Shown: positions 26,801 to 41,550 of the stretch, in pieces | Layout of the letters: each line of letters opens with the position of its first letter | Position numbering within the stretch: position 1 is the first letter of the stretch | DNA from: Tubiluchus corallicola | Taxonomy: Eukaryota; Animalia; Priapulida | Length of the DNA: 64,000 nucleotides | Assembly: GCA_030141605.1 (NCBI GenBank) | Contig: JAQGDQ010000336.1 | Span: forward strand, 194,357 to 258,356 | Direction of reading: 5' to 3' | Program-made: the position numbers and the translations under genes | Notes under the pieces: generated by a model | Seen by the model: only the letters and a program-made list of their open reading frames with translations | The model's database searches: none | What the model was told of the DNA's origin: nothing

Positions 26801-29800
26801 AGAACGCAGAGGATTAAAAATGCTCAGCATTTGAAATGTTTAGAGGAAAATAAATTTTGTATTGGAATTAGCATCGGTTGAGATATGCTGGATTAACCGC
26901 GTTAGGATAATCCAATTAACCACCCTATCAAACGAACGTAACTGACATTGCTAAAATAAGCAAATATTTTTGTCACACGAGAAGAAACCCCTGCCAAAAT
27001 ACACTTCATTGCGACAAAATACGGTTCATTGCACCAGAAAAGTTTATACCGCGAACTTGAATAACAAAAGCAATTACAGCTATGATGTCCCTAAAACCTA
27101 ATTTAAAAAGATAATGGAAACGTATAATTGGTTCTACAAATGAAAAATCAGTTATGAAAAAGTCATGGCCTAAAAAACAAGAAATTATCGATAAAGAAAA
27201 TACAACAGATATGATAGGCTAAAAATTGCTTACATAGTGCATAAATAGATTAAAGATTTCTTAAGAAATAGTAGACATTCGTTATGTTAGATCCTGTTGC
27301 CGTTTTAAGTAAACCCAAATGTTGATCACTTCTTGGAGACAATGAGAAACGACATATTTTCTGTATTTAATAAACTGTTAAGGTGTATTATGTTGCATAA
27401 CAATAATGCTGAATGATGTTGGTAAGCAGATAATTTTTAAGTTAAAACTCGGACGTCTTATTTTGATGCGTTAATTACTAATGCCCTATATCCCTTTAAT
27501 TAAACTAAACGAGGCAGCGCTTGTTGGTACAGTTCTCACGAACCGGGGCCACATTGCGCGACCTGTAACACGGAGAATTGAAAAATTAGTTCCATAATTT
27601 GCTGCTACAAGTAGGCAAATCGCTTCCAATTAGCGACGTTTGTGAAAAGTAGATGCGACAATTACGCGATAACAGCGGTTGAATAGGATGAGAAGTTGGG
27701 GGTTATTAGAAGCAGCAGTGATGTGAAAAAATCTTAAAATGTAGAGATAATGATAGATAATGGGCGCATTTCTCGCTGGACCTTGTGGTCACGCTGTTTG
27801 GACCACACACTGAAAGCATAGCGGTACAGAGAGTGTTTTCCTTAAGCGCCCAATCAAATGATCTTTCAAACTCTACTCTCACGGAGACATTGATTGATGG
27901 CCCGTATTGAATGATTTCATATACAGTTTATAGGGAAAATATGAAAAGCAGCTGAAATACATACAGTGTGCACGATAAACGTGAAAGTGACAAATGACAA
28001 TGTTTTTGTTGATCACATCGTTTTTAAGAGTAATTAAAAAGACATTTATACAGCAAAAACAAAAATAGATTCTCCGCCCTCATTTATAAATAGCCAAAAT
28101 ATGATAAATATCTCAGTATTTTAATTGTAATGTTTCTAAATTACAGGTTTCAAATTATCACAAAACTGCAAGTTTTACAAGTCGAAAATATTAAGGAATT
28201 GGGTTTTGGGTGCTTATAATGCTAGATTTTACGTAGTCATTAAGTATCAGTGACTTTGGATAAGTAGTGAAGGCAATTTACAGCAGCAAGGAGTTCACCT
28301 CAATCTTCGATGAACCCATGCTTGAGGAACAGATATTACTCGGACATTTAATGACACTGGAGAGTAGTTTTATCTCGGAACTTGTGCACAAAGAGTTTAC
28401 ATTTAAATAAATGCAAATGCACCGATATATCCGTATATACAAAAATGTATTTGTAATTCATATTCTTATTGCAAGTGAGCGTAAATTTCTTGAACGCACG
28501 CATAATATGAGAAACACGCATAACTCATTCGTGTAATGACTCGTTCAAAGTCAATCATACAGGTAGATCAGAACTGTAAGAAGTTTGACATACAAATTTT
28601 TGTTAGTTATAATATTACTTATGGGTTGCCTTAAGTGGGTGTTTTAAGTACAATTACAGCTCATAAACTGTAGAGTTGGGTAATCCAAACTTGAGCAACT
28701 TAAGAGCTCCAGATAGCGGACTAATTTTAGGGGCACAATCGACGAGTTTGAGTGAGTGGTTTAGGGTCAAATAAAGGTCATTTACAACTCGAAAACTTAG
28801 GGTTAGGTATCAGAGTGCGTAGATGTAAACACACACTAAAAAACAAGAACTAAATCGAAAAAAGCTTAGTATGCATGCTATGCTGATCTGTACAATGTCG
28901 TCTGTACCTTGCACAGTTTTTTGTGCTATGTAGATTTTCTAGTTTGCCATTTTATCACTATTTTCAGTCTATTGTTATTAGTTTAAATCAAAATAACTAT
29001 TAACAGATCAAATAACTGACAGTTTTAAAATTTTATTAATTTTAAAGGGCAGAAAAAGTTCTCGTATCCCACGGGATACAATGGGTACGAAAGGATTAAA
29101 CTAATGACCGAAACAGGACCGTCGGCACTCGATACGGACAGTACGATTCTGAATTACAATTGATAGTCTCTAACCAATCAATTAAATTGTGAAATACCAT
29201 AAACATGTGTCTGGATTTACTAAATATAGGCACATGTACAATGCCACATACTAAGCCTATGTTACATAGTACATATATAGTGAGAACAGTGCCTACGGTA
29301 TACGAGAATCTATATAATAAGATTAATAACACATCGTGGTGAGAACATTTTCTGTAAATAAATTGTTCATTGTGTCCTCGAGTTTTTTAAGCTGCTTCGA
29401 CCAGTAAGAAAAAACTTATAGCCACCATTCGCACGTGCAATTTTCTCTGGAAACGATAAAACAGAAGTAATTTCGGCTGCTCAAAACAGGAAATGGAATC
29501 CTGCAGTGCTATTCTGTTTAACCAAAATTCAACAGCATGTAGTTGTAATAGCCGAACCTAGCAACAAATTGTTGCATTTAGACGAATTTAACAGAGTAAT
29601 TACGCCGCATTAAAAAGCGCCTGACATTAAGACGTATTGCTTTACGAGGGATAAGTGACCCTTCGATAATCTGTCCAAGAAAGGCTAGTGAACCGATGCT
29701 TGGGGAAATTACACACAGACAAAAACTGATTTAACTGGATTGCAGTTTAATCCGCGCACTCTCAACATCCCAATTAACCCGTCTTATAACTTTGAGAAAA

Positions 29801-32800
29801 ACAGTTTGTAAGCGGTTCGGTGATTGCAGTCAACAATATTAATGCTCTATCAGGGGTAATCATGGCTAATGTGGTACCTTAACATGCACTAAATCAATTA
29901 TGGGAGCTGTCAAAAGTGAACGATGTACAATGAATCAACTATACATGGCATGCGTATTATACATGTCCGTAAGAAATATGAAAGAAAGAGTGAAATTAAC
30001 ACAGTTGTCAATGTCAGTATATTATTTCACCTTTGTTTACCATTCAAAGTTATTTCTGCTAGTATTTGTTTATTGTTTTATTATAAAATATTAGAACTTG
30101 ATGATGATTAAAATTTAATCTTATATAAGCAGCAATCATCGTGCGAAGGTGGTTTTGAATTAAGCGTGTAGTTAATTAAGCCGTTTTGTATTTCAATTTA
30201 ACTTTTTTAGACAAAAATTGGCTTCAAGGTCTAAAATTTGTTAAAAAATTTGTTGAAAAGTTTGTTGAAAAATAAACTTCGTTGTCAACAAGTTCAACAA
30301 ACACTATATAAAACTGCAGTATAATATCTCCAAAACTGGTGTCTATATTTTTCTAGGCATATTCGCTGTTTTAGGGACCATACGTCACACGTATTTCTAT
30401 TGTATGACTGGAACAAATGATAAGTGTGTAGTTGGATGAACGTCTGAAATGACCAACACCAACACAAACATTTTGGAATCTGGGATGAAGGTCAGTGAAC
30501 TCTATTGAAGCCGTTTGCAAGGCATTTCGCTTGACGCAATCTAATACACTTGTATTCGTTTAAACCAATCTCTCCCTGACAGAGAAAATGTTTAGCTGAT
30601 TGCGCAATCGCCGTCTGGTTGCGCGTGGGAAACCAGTGAAGTCCGTCTGCATTTAATGTTAGAACAGGTTGCAGTAAATGCACTGCCGTACAGCAAATGA
30701 AACTTTTAACTTATTATTGTACGCACAATAAAATGACGGTATAGACGTATTAAGGAAAACAGCGAGAAAAGCCAATAGACTTATATGACACACCGATTAT
30801 TGTTATCGTAATCGTCCAAATTTATAACTCATAGCTTGGCAAAATTTTACTGTAGGCTTTCATGTATAAACTACATCAAGAAGCTAAAAAGTTAGCTAAT
30901 TTCATGACAGGCTTAAATGCCAAATGTTGCTCATATGCAACACTCTAGATTGCTAATATATATTTGTCCCAATCAAGCCAGTTGGCATCCTAACGGGAAA
31001 AATACCTTTTGTGTTAACGGAAGAGAATGATAGTTTCTCTTAGAGTTATATACTGATAGAGCTATATACTTAACTTTAAATTTAAGAGCCATGAGAGTTT
31101 ACTGAACAAGAGCTTAATACTAGTATACTTTTAAAGATTTAACAATTCTCTCGGAAGTTGAATTTCGCCCACTCTGTTTCACTATAAGTATTGACTATTT
31201 CGTACAATCATTACGCAATTACACATCTAGCAGCTAGAACCTTAATCGTTCTTAATCTAGTCGTTACAGCGCCTTTTCTCATAAGCAACTTAAGCACTTC
31301 CTGAAACTTGTGGAATTTTCAGTTGAAATTCTACTATAGTTGATTGTAATAATAATCACTGTCCCAATCTGACAGTTTTCCATTAGAATTATTACACTTT
31401 GTTTTTTTAACATTATTCACGGGATAAGTATTTACAATGCCTCAACCAGTAGTATGGTAACCACTAAAGAATATGTGACATACTACGAAAAGAGAGATGG
31501 GTATAGGTATAGAAATCTATGAGTATGGGGTATATTCTGTGGGGTATGGGACCATGGGTACAAGTATGGGCATATTCCTGAAATCCATACATACATCTGG
31601 TGGAAAGCATGTGTAGAATGTAGAATCAGCAAATCATTTTTGAAATGATTGGTATCATTACATTGCGCGGTTTAAAGCTACATTTTACCTTACAGTTACA
31701 GGGCTGGTAGAAGCCTTTTCATAGACCACGCTGTTACGCAATCTGGGCTGTAACGCAGTGGGGAGGAGGTTTGGAGAAATCTGCATCGTCCTAGGAGGGT
31801 GTTTGTTGAACAAATGTTGAAGTGACGACTGATGTTACCGAGCAGGGCGGGTATGATGAGCGTGATGAAACCGTCATAAATGTGACAGCAGCTTTTATGA
31901 GCTTCCCGCCCTCGCAATTTGAGCTTAATCACCTTACTTGAGTGGAGAGATGACCGGTATAGGGAGACAATCTCAGTAAAAACACTTCCGAAATGCCAGG
32001 ATCTATACAACGCGCTTTAACACTCAGGTGGAGAAATCGGCAATAGCGTTATCTTACTGGAGTTCAATTTTAACAAGTTAATGGCAAAAGAATCTGACAA
32101 GTGGGCATAATGCAGAATGCACATGACTGATGTAAAATGCCCAATTAATTATCCATAATTTTAATTTCAAGATTATTATTAATGACGGAATAAACTCTCA
32201 ATGATTATTGTTGAATTCTGAAACCACATATAGATACCTACTTGATCGAAAGACATGAAATTTGGAAAACTCGTACCACAGACTGGATTTTAAACGTGTA
32301 TGTTTGGTATCAGGTAGCCGGATTAATGATACCTGAACGTGAACCTGACAGTACTTGAACTAATGATGGTTGCCGCTGATGTTTATAGATTGACAACAAT
32401 GTAATAGTTGCTGTATATCTCACAAGATTCTTAATTCAAAACTCAATTATTGATACCTAAAGTAAGTAACCTCAAAAGTTAATTTCGCATAAGTTTTAGT
32501 TTATAAGTGTCTGCCGAGTTATTAAAAATCCACCTCCTGTGAGCTCTGAGAATATTTGTCTGTCGTCTCACAATTGCAGATTTTCACATATCTTTGCATT
32601 AAAAATCTAGTTTAGTTACTGTTGATATTATTTTTGAAAAAAAATGTAATGAATATCATAAGATTGCATAATTTTCAAAAAGGCCAAATGCATTTTAAAG
32701 CTGCATGTGACAGCCGTTCCGTGACAGCGTTGAATAGTTTTCATCAACGAAGTCTGAAGTTCTTGACTTCATTGCAAAAGTAAAAGCCATTTCAGAAGCC

Positions 32801-35233
32801 ACTGTTGTGTATGTATTTCTGAAATGTTAATAGTAGTTTATGGCTGACGCCATGGTAGCAATATCTAGCAATAATGTAGCGCCACGCTGTGGTGACACAT
32901 GTTAAACTATCAACTAAACACCACAAAACAACGTTAAACAGTTCGTAAAACATGCTTTAATACTCAATACTCGCCAATATGTTTTCAAGCATTTCCCACC
33001 CACGCAGTATACAGTTCTGTTATACGACGACATAGTAAACGAAACATACAAATACATTTGAAAAAAATACGATCCAGACAGTAGAATGTATATCTGATAA
33101 TTAAAATGAAAATTAGGGCTTGTTGAAGTTTTAAAGCTACAATAGCGACAATTGAAGTTTACAAGTAATTGAAGTCCCAGTGTCCTAATGACTGCAACTT
33201 TTCCCAACAACAACAAATAGAGGACTCGTAAAGTTGTTAACGTCCAGACGACTAGATTTCAACTTTCCTGCAATAAAGCCATGTGTACAGTTTTGCAAAT
33301 TCCAACAGGAGGCGGCCACGTAAAGAATTACTGTAAGTTTGTACCGGTTTATAAAAATATTAAGGATGGAGTTTACAATCCCCCACACAATTTAAATATC
33401 CTTACCCTAATCCGCTTCACGAACTAATTTCTTGTGTGTGGGGAATTGTAACCTTTAGCTAATACTACAAATTCAACTGCAATGATTTTTTTTGTTCAAA
33501 ATACGATGAGAAAATGTCTTCTTTTGTTTTCATTTTCTAAATTCAACAATCCCCTAAAATTAAACAAAAACCCTTCTTTGAGCAAAAGCATGCAGAAAAA
33601 ATGTTTCCTGTAATATATCCTCCCACCAATCTAAGCAGAGTTTGTCAATTTTTCTAAAAGTATAATAAAAATTATCTGCGTCATAACTGCAAATTATAAA
33701 ATGTCTATACTGTACCACTTTCACCTAAAATTAATTCATTTAACCACTGAAGTATTTGTAAACAAAACCTTTAAGCGCATGTTAAAATTTCCACATTAAT
33801 TTTCACTTGCTTACCAGTATACAGTAGAATAAAATCCATTATTTATTTATTTATTTTATAGCAAATTTTATGAATTTACTTCTTTGCTTTCAACAGTAAG
33901 ATCGATCAAAGATATATAGTAGCCCACAGTAGCAAATCATTTCAACAAATACTAAGCAAGTTCTTGGCTAGGCTGCACACTGAAAATATTTAAGTCTGTC
34001 GTATCACAAGTATCGGATTTTCACACAATTTTAAGGCATTTTAAACTTACATTGAGTGACTATCGGCTTTATTTGGAGCACAACAAAAATATCTTTTTGA
34101 TCTTTAGATTCTTAAAAAATTGCTGAAAATTAGTAAAGTGTATATGTCCGGTAAAGTAAAAGAGTGGTTAAAATGTCCGGACCAAGTAATACCCCGAACA
34201 CGTAACCCCTAACTGTGTAGTATCCTGCAATGGCGCTTTAATTAAATTGCGACGATGAGAAATTTAAGAAAATAGTTGTTCTGTTTTTTGAATGCCAAAC
34301 GGCGCAAATGTGAAAAATAAAAACACTCCCACGGGGTTAAACAACTCATCATGGTATAACGGACCATCAGTCTGGCAGATAACTACGCTAACCAGAAGTC
34401 TGATGTGGAGAACTATAAAAGTTTCTTTATGCAATTACCATCTCTTTAAAGCAATAAGGATAATTTATCTCTATAATTAAACAATTTAGGAGTATATGTC
34501 CGGGTATTTACCTGCAAACCACTGCAAAAACGGGTTTAGAGTGAAGCTTTACTGATGACAACCTAAATTATATAGATTAACATTCCATGTCTTGAACGTT
34601 ATTAAACGTTTATTGGATTTAAGTTAATTGCTTCACTTTCTTTTGTGCTTCACCTGCGCAGTTCACTAAAACCTTCAAAAATGGCAGCGCGAATTACACA
34701 GCTTAAAAACTCTATAGATGAAACAGGTTCAGGGAGTAGATCATTCGTCACTAAATGCAAAATGCAAAATCTGTTCATTTTCGGAGCCTTGAGAGCTTTT
34801 AATTGAAGAACTTATCAATTACGGACATTGGCAACTGTTAAAAAATAGCTTAAGCGAAAAACTCATATGCATTAGTGGTTTATGGTTAAAAGAGTACTAG
34901 CAATGGATGAAATCATGGTCTTTACTGTAACACACCAGTAGATATAACGCACCAAAGCATTTACACCAAATATGAGAAGACTAATAAATGAGATAAAATA
35001 GTTCAAAGCAACCCACTCTACATATTATTCAAGACCATAAATAAGTAAACACAATACTGTAAACATAAGTAAATACAAAATAGCATTGATGATTGTGATT
35101 AATGATTTTATTGATTGACTGTATTGTATGAATTGTATTGTTTGTAGTCCTATAATATTCAATTATATTGTACTGAAACATAATATTTTAGGTTCTGATT
35201 ATATTGTATTGCATCCATCTATTCTATACAAAC

Positions 35234-35326
35234 CCATCCATCCATCCATCCATCCATCCATCCATCCATCCATCCATCCATCCATCCATCCATCCATCCA
35301 TCCATCCATCCATCCATCCATCCATC
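35234..35326. repeat. (CCAT)n microsatellite
   Basis: Directly visible. Confidence 0.95.
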
Positions 35327-38300
35327 TACCACCATAAAGCCTACGTCGCCACCTACATAAAATATAATTTAACTACAAATGAAAACAAGCGTGGCCCTTA
35401 ATAGTACCTCAAGCAGTCAGGTAGCACAAAAAATGACAGAACAGCTGCAAATGGAACAAATAGCGACCCGTGACCTGGCACCCCAAATTCGAGGTCCAAC
35501 TTTACCTGCATTAACGCCATGCAGTGAACTTACATGACAAGGAAACTTAGAAACTTTCTCAATTTATCACTGTCTTTATTTGTTATTGAAACACCGAAAT
35601 TAGAGTTCTTCAGTTTGTTGCCTATGCATGATTTGGTGCTGAAAGATAATTTCAGCTTATTTTATTTGTTACATACAGAAACTTCCACATGTCATTTAAG
35701 CACAACCAAGTGGCCAAATGCGACGAGCAAATATAATTAGTGAATACTTACAATGTGTAAGTTAATGAAGGTGGGTCAAGTGAGAAGCTTATCCTACGCC
35801 AGGGACATTAACTACAGTTACAACACAACAAAATTAGGCCAAAGTGTTCATTTATGATGAAGTTACAAGTCAGAGGTGTTAATTAGTATACTCTTGAGTT
35901 TTTGATTACATCTGCATAGGTATTTGATAGCCGTGCATCTTACCCCTGACCTAGGGTTTGGAGACAGTGCAGGTAACTAGTGCAAGTCGTGTGTGTACAC
36001 ACAGACTGCGGTCACTGTTATCATAATAACCAGAGAGTTACAATGCAACCCCAGGAAGTGACCATTGTCAAGCAGATTCAGCGGAAACCGATCTGAATGG
36101 GTGTGCAAGTATGAAAACAAGATGGCTAGATGCGACACAAAGTCTCTCCTCGCTTTCCTCCTACGGCGCTTTCACGACTCATGAATGACAAGAAACCCCC
36201 CACACCGATAAAACGTGGCATTTTCTACAAAATGTCAATGATTACAGCCAAATTTAGGGGAAAACTCAGAATGTTTTAACCTCGCTGTCTATTGTTACAA
36301 CTCAATATGTATAAAATTATACAGTATAATAAAACATAATTGCGCACAAAGGCAAATAATAAGTATAATAATAAGAATGGGGGGCTTGATGAGCTTTGCC
36401 GAACGCGAAAGGTTTTTTGGGTGAAAGCAGTTTTTAGTAGACGTTTCTAAATACATATTAGTTCTATTCCCGTTAAGTTATTTCATCATAAAGCACCAGG
36501 TAATAAATTGATCAAGTCAATCTTAAATTATCGAGCAAAATCTTGAAGTCTTTTGAAAAACATGCACACATGCAACATATAGAACTGTTAAATGTAGAAC
36601 CTTTATAGTTACATGTTTTGATTATTAAAAAAAGAACAACTTTGTTTTTAACGTATTATGTTACTCATTCTTGCATGTACAATTATTGCTAGATTATATA
36701 ATATTTTTTCAGCTTTTCTCAACAATTAAATGAGCCTTTATTTCTCAACATTGATTTATAGAAAACTACTTTTAATATTTCTGACTGCATTTATGATGAA
36801 ATTCCTACATTGTTTCTGCGTATTCAATTTACGAAAAAATCTTCCAGAGCCCCAATCACCTTGGTAGAAATTTTGCATTACAATATGCGTACAATAATAA
36901 ACCTACATTATTGCCATATAATACTAGTATTTACTTCTATTCATATTGCCAATTTTACATATGATAATAATGATAATTAATACCATACATACCATAGTAC
37001 GATTGCCGAATGCGCTTCATAAAATTTTTTTAAAACCTAAAAATTGTATAAAATTGTTAATGGGAGGCACTGCAACGCCCCACAAGTTTAAGCCGCAGCA
37101 CCAAAAGAAAAACTACCGTTTTTTTATGGTAAAATAGTCACTTTGACGTAAAAACATCTAGACAAACAATGTTGGCATTTTTTGTACAGCTTGGTACTCT
37201 GCAAGCTGGAAGCAATAGTCAACAGTAAGTTGTGGCAGGACCGGAATCAGCAAAATTATCAAGGATAATGCTCTGAGCGCGGCTCACGCTAAGATGTAGT
37301 TGAAGCATCTTAACCACTCAAATTAAATGTACACTTGTCCTCTCTCAATGGGAAGAGTAACCCTGTGCGTCCTCCCTTAACGAGAAGATAACTCGGGACA
37401 GTATAGACTAGACGTTGACAGGAAACAGTTTTCCTGGCGATCACAATCCATTTACTGACCAATCTGGCTTGCTTAACTTCGGCAAATAAATGCCCATATT
37501 TAAGGCATGCGTTTTACGGTTTTAAATTAGTAATGTGTTGCAGAAGACGCGTAAATAAAAAATAAAAATATCAATTGAGGGTTTGTTGAACTTGAACATT
37601 TTTAGCAATTTACTAAATCGTCACAAAATGTTGTAGTGAGTTTCTCTCGACAGCGATACGCTCAATGATGCTGCAGAGTAGTCGAGCTAATGCATAAAAA
37701 TCATTGCCACGAAAATTAAAGGGATAAATTAGAACTACAGACACAGAAACAAAAACGAAAAACACAGACCACTGACTACAGCAAATCGAAATAATTCCAT
37801 TCAATAAATATATAAACTAAATATGCAATCCTTGCTGGGCCTACTTCTCTCAATGTTATTATAACGATCATTCGAGCAAAAACGCGCAGTACGGCAGGAA
37901 TTTTCATACAGATGAATTTTTATCAGTAAGCAATAAATGACAGATCCTTAAAGTAAAATGACATATTCCTCGAAATCCAGAAAATGGTAAAAATCCACTA
38001 AAGCAACAGTGAGAGAGGAAAGACCTATTTATCTCACTTATGGGATTAGCAACGGTGCAGAAAAACTCGAATTTGGTAACTGAATTGGCTAAACTACCTT
38101 GACATTATAAACAGAGCTCGTGCGCAAATATTCAATGCTTACATAGCAAATTATATGCTTACACATATGATTAAATATTGCTGAAGTTTACTTGCCCGAC
38201 GTTACAGTTTTACGCCTCATGTTCACTCAAATTTGCTCATTAAAAACGCAGCGTCAAATACTGTTATTTGACTGAATACTTGAAAAGTAGGCCTACGACC

Positions 38301-38516
38301 ACCTAACAAAAAACTAATTTATTTAAAAAGATGCTACTGTCAAGTTAATTTAGAAACTCTTGTTACAGCTCTGTTCAATTCTGAATGAATATGGAAGAAA
38401 ATTTTTAGCATGTAACAAAGCATTTACGCGTTGAAAACAAGAAAAGATCACTATATATGTTTAATGAAGTCTTTACGCCATTTTAAGTCTATTTTTACCA
38501 ATTTATATTTATGAAA

Positions 38517-38781
38517 CTTTGAGACATTTTGAACATGTCCACTAAGTCAACTACTATTTGTAGCTTTGAGACATTTTGAACATGTCCCTAAGTCAACTAA
38601 TACTTGTAGCTTTGAGACATTTTGAACATGTCCACTAAGTTGACTAATACTTGTAGCTTTGAAACATTTTGAACACGTCCACTAAGTTGACTAATACTTG
38701 TAGCTTTGAAACATTTTGAACACGTCCACTAAGTCAACTGCTATTTGTAGCTTTGAGATGATTGTGAACATGTCCACTAAG
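38517..38781. repeat. 47-bp minisatellite, about 5.6 copies
   Basis: Unit ctttgagacattttgaacatgtccactaagtcaactaatacttgtag. Equivalent positions at 38521, 38568, 38614, 38661, 38708 and 38755. Confidence 0.93.
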
Positions 38782-39773
38782 AACTAAAATGCCGTGACTT
38801 TGTACATAAGCTATCAACTGTTTAACACTTTCTATGTAATGTTCTTGAAATTAGCGCCCCTTCAAACGGTTGAGTTGGCTTATCTAAAGCTATTTCACAC
38901 AACATGTTTATTGAGCGCAGACGATCTTTTCGACTATAACCGTCATTTTCAGTACTATGAATCACGCCAAAAAAGCAATTATTAGTACAATTATGATACT
39001 AAAATGTCAAGGAACAAAATGTTATGTCAGGATTGAGAAAGTAGAACTTGTGTTGTCAAAATCAATGTGGATAAAAGCAGGAGAAAGTAACCTTACATGT
39101 GTGCTTGCAAGTCAAAACCGCTCATAAGTCGGCATAGTTAAAACTACGTTATGGCGCTTCAGAGTAGACTACACCAAAGATTTGGTCAAAGGTCGATTTT
39201 TTGTCTTTTATGAAAACAAATGCTAAATGTATTCAACTTTTATATTCTAGCTTCAAATTATCAAGAAAATGTTTAAAAAATATTAAAAATCTAATTTTTT
39301 AACCTCGTACCCACTTCTCTGGTATTTTCAAACTCCGATTGTAGCTCGTGGAAGCTGTCATTTTGCTTCGGGTTTTTTCTGTTGACAAGCCCAGATCTTT
39401 GTCTGGAAGAGCCATCTACTTCCAAAGTCCATAGCAACCAACATTTATACGGTTGCTAAGTGCTTTGTAGAAACACGACAAAAAACAATGGCTGACTTTA
39501 ACAGTGATTTTCTCAAGATTATGTTTTTCAGTGTGTAGCGTGTACCTCAACTTCAACGTGGATTATCTCAGCTTTGAAATAACATAGTGATGAACTTGGT
39601 ATCAAAATGATCCTCATGAAATGGAGATTCACAATATGTGAATGACTAGAAAAGCTTAAGCTCTAAAAACAATCGTCTCTGCTTAATCAACATGTTGATT
39701 CCTACAAGCTTCTTCCATACACTTCATCCACACAGTTTACGACACAATATTATTATATTAAGGACACTAGTAC

Positions 39774-39899
39774 CTCTTTCGATCACCAGGGGTGCATCCG
39801 GTCCAATCAGCATAGCTATGCCACCAGCTCCACCTGTACATCTGGCATTTCCGGTAGCGTAAACGGCAATGTCGCCGGCGACAACTACGGCGTATCTTC
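39774..39899 (-). CDS. HMGCS1: HMG-CoA synthase, second coding exon
   Basis: Acceptor ttacag and donor gtacta. 126 nt, phase 1/1. Encodes (G)[41 protein letters not shown](G). The ORF track shows a different frame here. Confidence 0.95.
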
Positions 39900-40864
39900 C
39901 TGTAACATACAGATACGCACATTAACGTTAAAACAGGTGGAATGTAATCGGGCAGACTAAAGGACAACAGCATTTAATTTTAAAACTTCGGCTCAAAATA
40001 ATCTAAAATTTAAAATATTTAAAGGGATCAGGGTTTCCTTGCCTACGTCACAAAGCAGCAAGGTATTTTCTCAAACTTGTGCACAACTCGCTCATGGAAA
40101 GTTTCTGCCATTAGTAAATTACTAGCAAAGGCCCCGAAAAAAAATTTTGTGTATAAATACACTTATAATCAATAATACGCGAACATCCTACACAGTCCTC
40201 ATTTATAACTCAATGCCCGTAGCAGGTTTTACTGAATTAAAGTTACAGGCAGAGTATAATGGATGACGTCAGAATTGCCGAAAACTACACCCACCGCTGA
40301 ACGGGCTATCTATCCATAGCCAACACCGCCCCCGGCCCGTTCTGGTTCTTCAGAACTAAGAGGTATAAGTTTTGCAAAAAACGACCGAAAAATGGCCATT
40401 TTTGGTTATCCCGGTGGGCCCGATTCGAAAAATAATCGTTTGATGTATAGATCGCCGCAAATGGTGCTGTCGTCGAAGCTGTAGCCTCGAATCTTATATA
40501 AATATATATACCAGCAGAATTAATATATACGATGTTCCATTGTGACGACATCGCTAGATTCATTGGGCAGTCATGAAATGAGTTTCTAAGCTAATATTTA
40601 AATATCAGAAACGTTTTCATAATGTCATAAGTAACAAAATGCTTATTTGACACCCAATAAGACGCGGCCCGAAAAATCGCCCTGTTTGTCTTAAGTTTTT
40701 AACATCGTGTTACTCTTAGCCATATCTAGCATTTAAAAATGAAAGCTAACATTCGAAACATAAGGCTGGTTTCACACTCGACACTCAAATGATTTGAGTA
40801 CGGAAAAAAGCACTTTTCTCCTTCCCTGCTTTCCCTATTACTTCTAGATTTACTTCGGACAGTG

Positions 40865-40930
40865 TACACACTACACTTCAGAGTAATACACACTGCACTT
40901 CAGAGTAATACACACTGCACTTTAGAGTAA
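40865..40930. repeat. 22-bp tandem repeat x3 in an HMGCS intron
   Basis: Unit tacacactgcacttcagagtaa. Confidence 0.85.
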
Positions 40931-41102
40931 ACTGGATGCACCATGACTAAATACACATTTTCCAGATTCTTGTTTGAGGCAGACAATGCCAAAGACCCAA
41001 ACGTTGGCACCGAGATAAACCATTTCAACTACCGACATTTTCGACTTATTAAAAATACAAGTGCTGCAATTACGCGAAGCGGTATAATATCATTATCCCT
41101 AC

Positions 41103-41550
41103 CATCCCATGAACTTGATTCAACCCAGTTTATTGCATTGAATAATGCCGATGTGCCGCCGTAACAAGCATTTGTGGTGTCGATTCCCTCTACCGAACAA
41201 TTTCCACTTTCCTCGAATAGCTGCATTAAACAGGTTTTTGTGCTCTTTGATTTGTCGATAATCGTTTCGGTCCCGACTTCTAACCGACCAATCATGTTGT
41301 ACGTTATATTGTTTCGTTCCACAAGCCTTTGCAAAACAGTCAAACATACGCTGCTAATATCTTCTCTGTCTGAACAAAATCCCATTTTTGATTGGCCTAA
41401 GCCAATTGTGTACTTTCCAGTTGAGACATCGTCAAATTTCTCCAGTTCAGTCTGTAGCACATATTGAGATGGAAAATATATTTCCATGGCAACAATCCCA
41501 ACATCTTTAGGCCAATGTGCAGGCTCAGACATCTTTGCAAAACTAGGCAT
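41103..41550 (-). CDS. HMGCS1: Hydroxymethylglutaryl-CoA synthase (cytosolic type), first coding exon
   Basis: [30 protein letters not shown]...GKYTIGLGQ...[15 protein letters not shown]...[26 protein letters not shown], containing the catalytic Glu and Cys. Acceptor tttttttcag lies 7 nt upstream of the ATG; donor GTAGGG at 41102. Length 448 nt, phase 1. No mitochondrial presequence. Confidence 0.96.

Noticed and set aside
29060-29100. piggyBac-like terminus (TTAATCCTTTCGTACCC on the minus strand, with an internal palindrome)
   Set aside because: No partner terminus or transposase remnant was found.
33340-33365. Minus-strand YFYKP resembling HMGCS YDFYKP
   Set aside because: A stop codon comes immediately before it and no SEYP/VDG follows.
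40761-40870. TAAGGCTGGTTTCACACT resembling a PIF/Harbinger MITE end
   Set aside because: The matching inverted terminus is not convincingly present.
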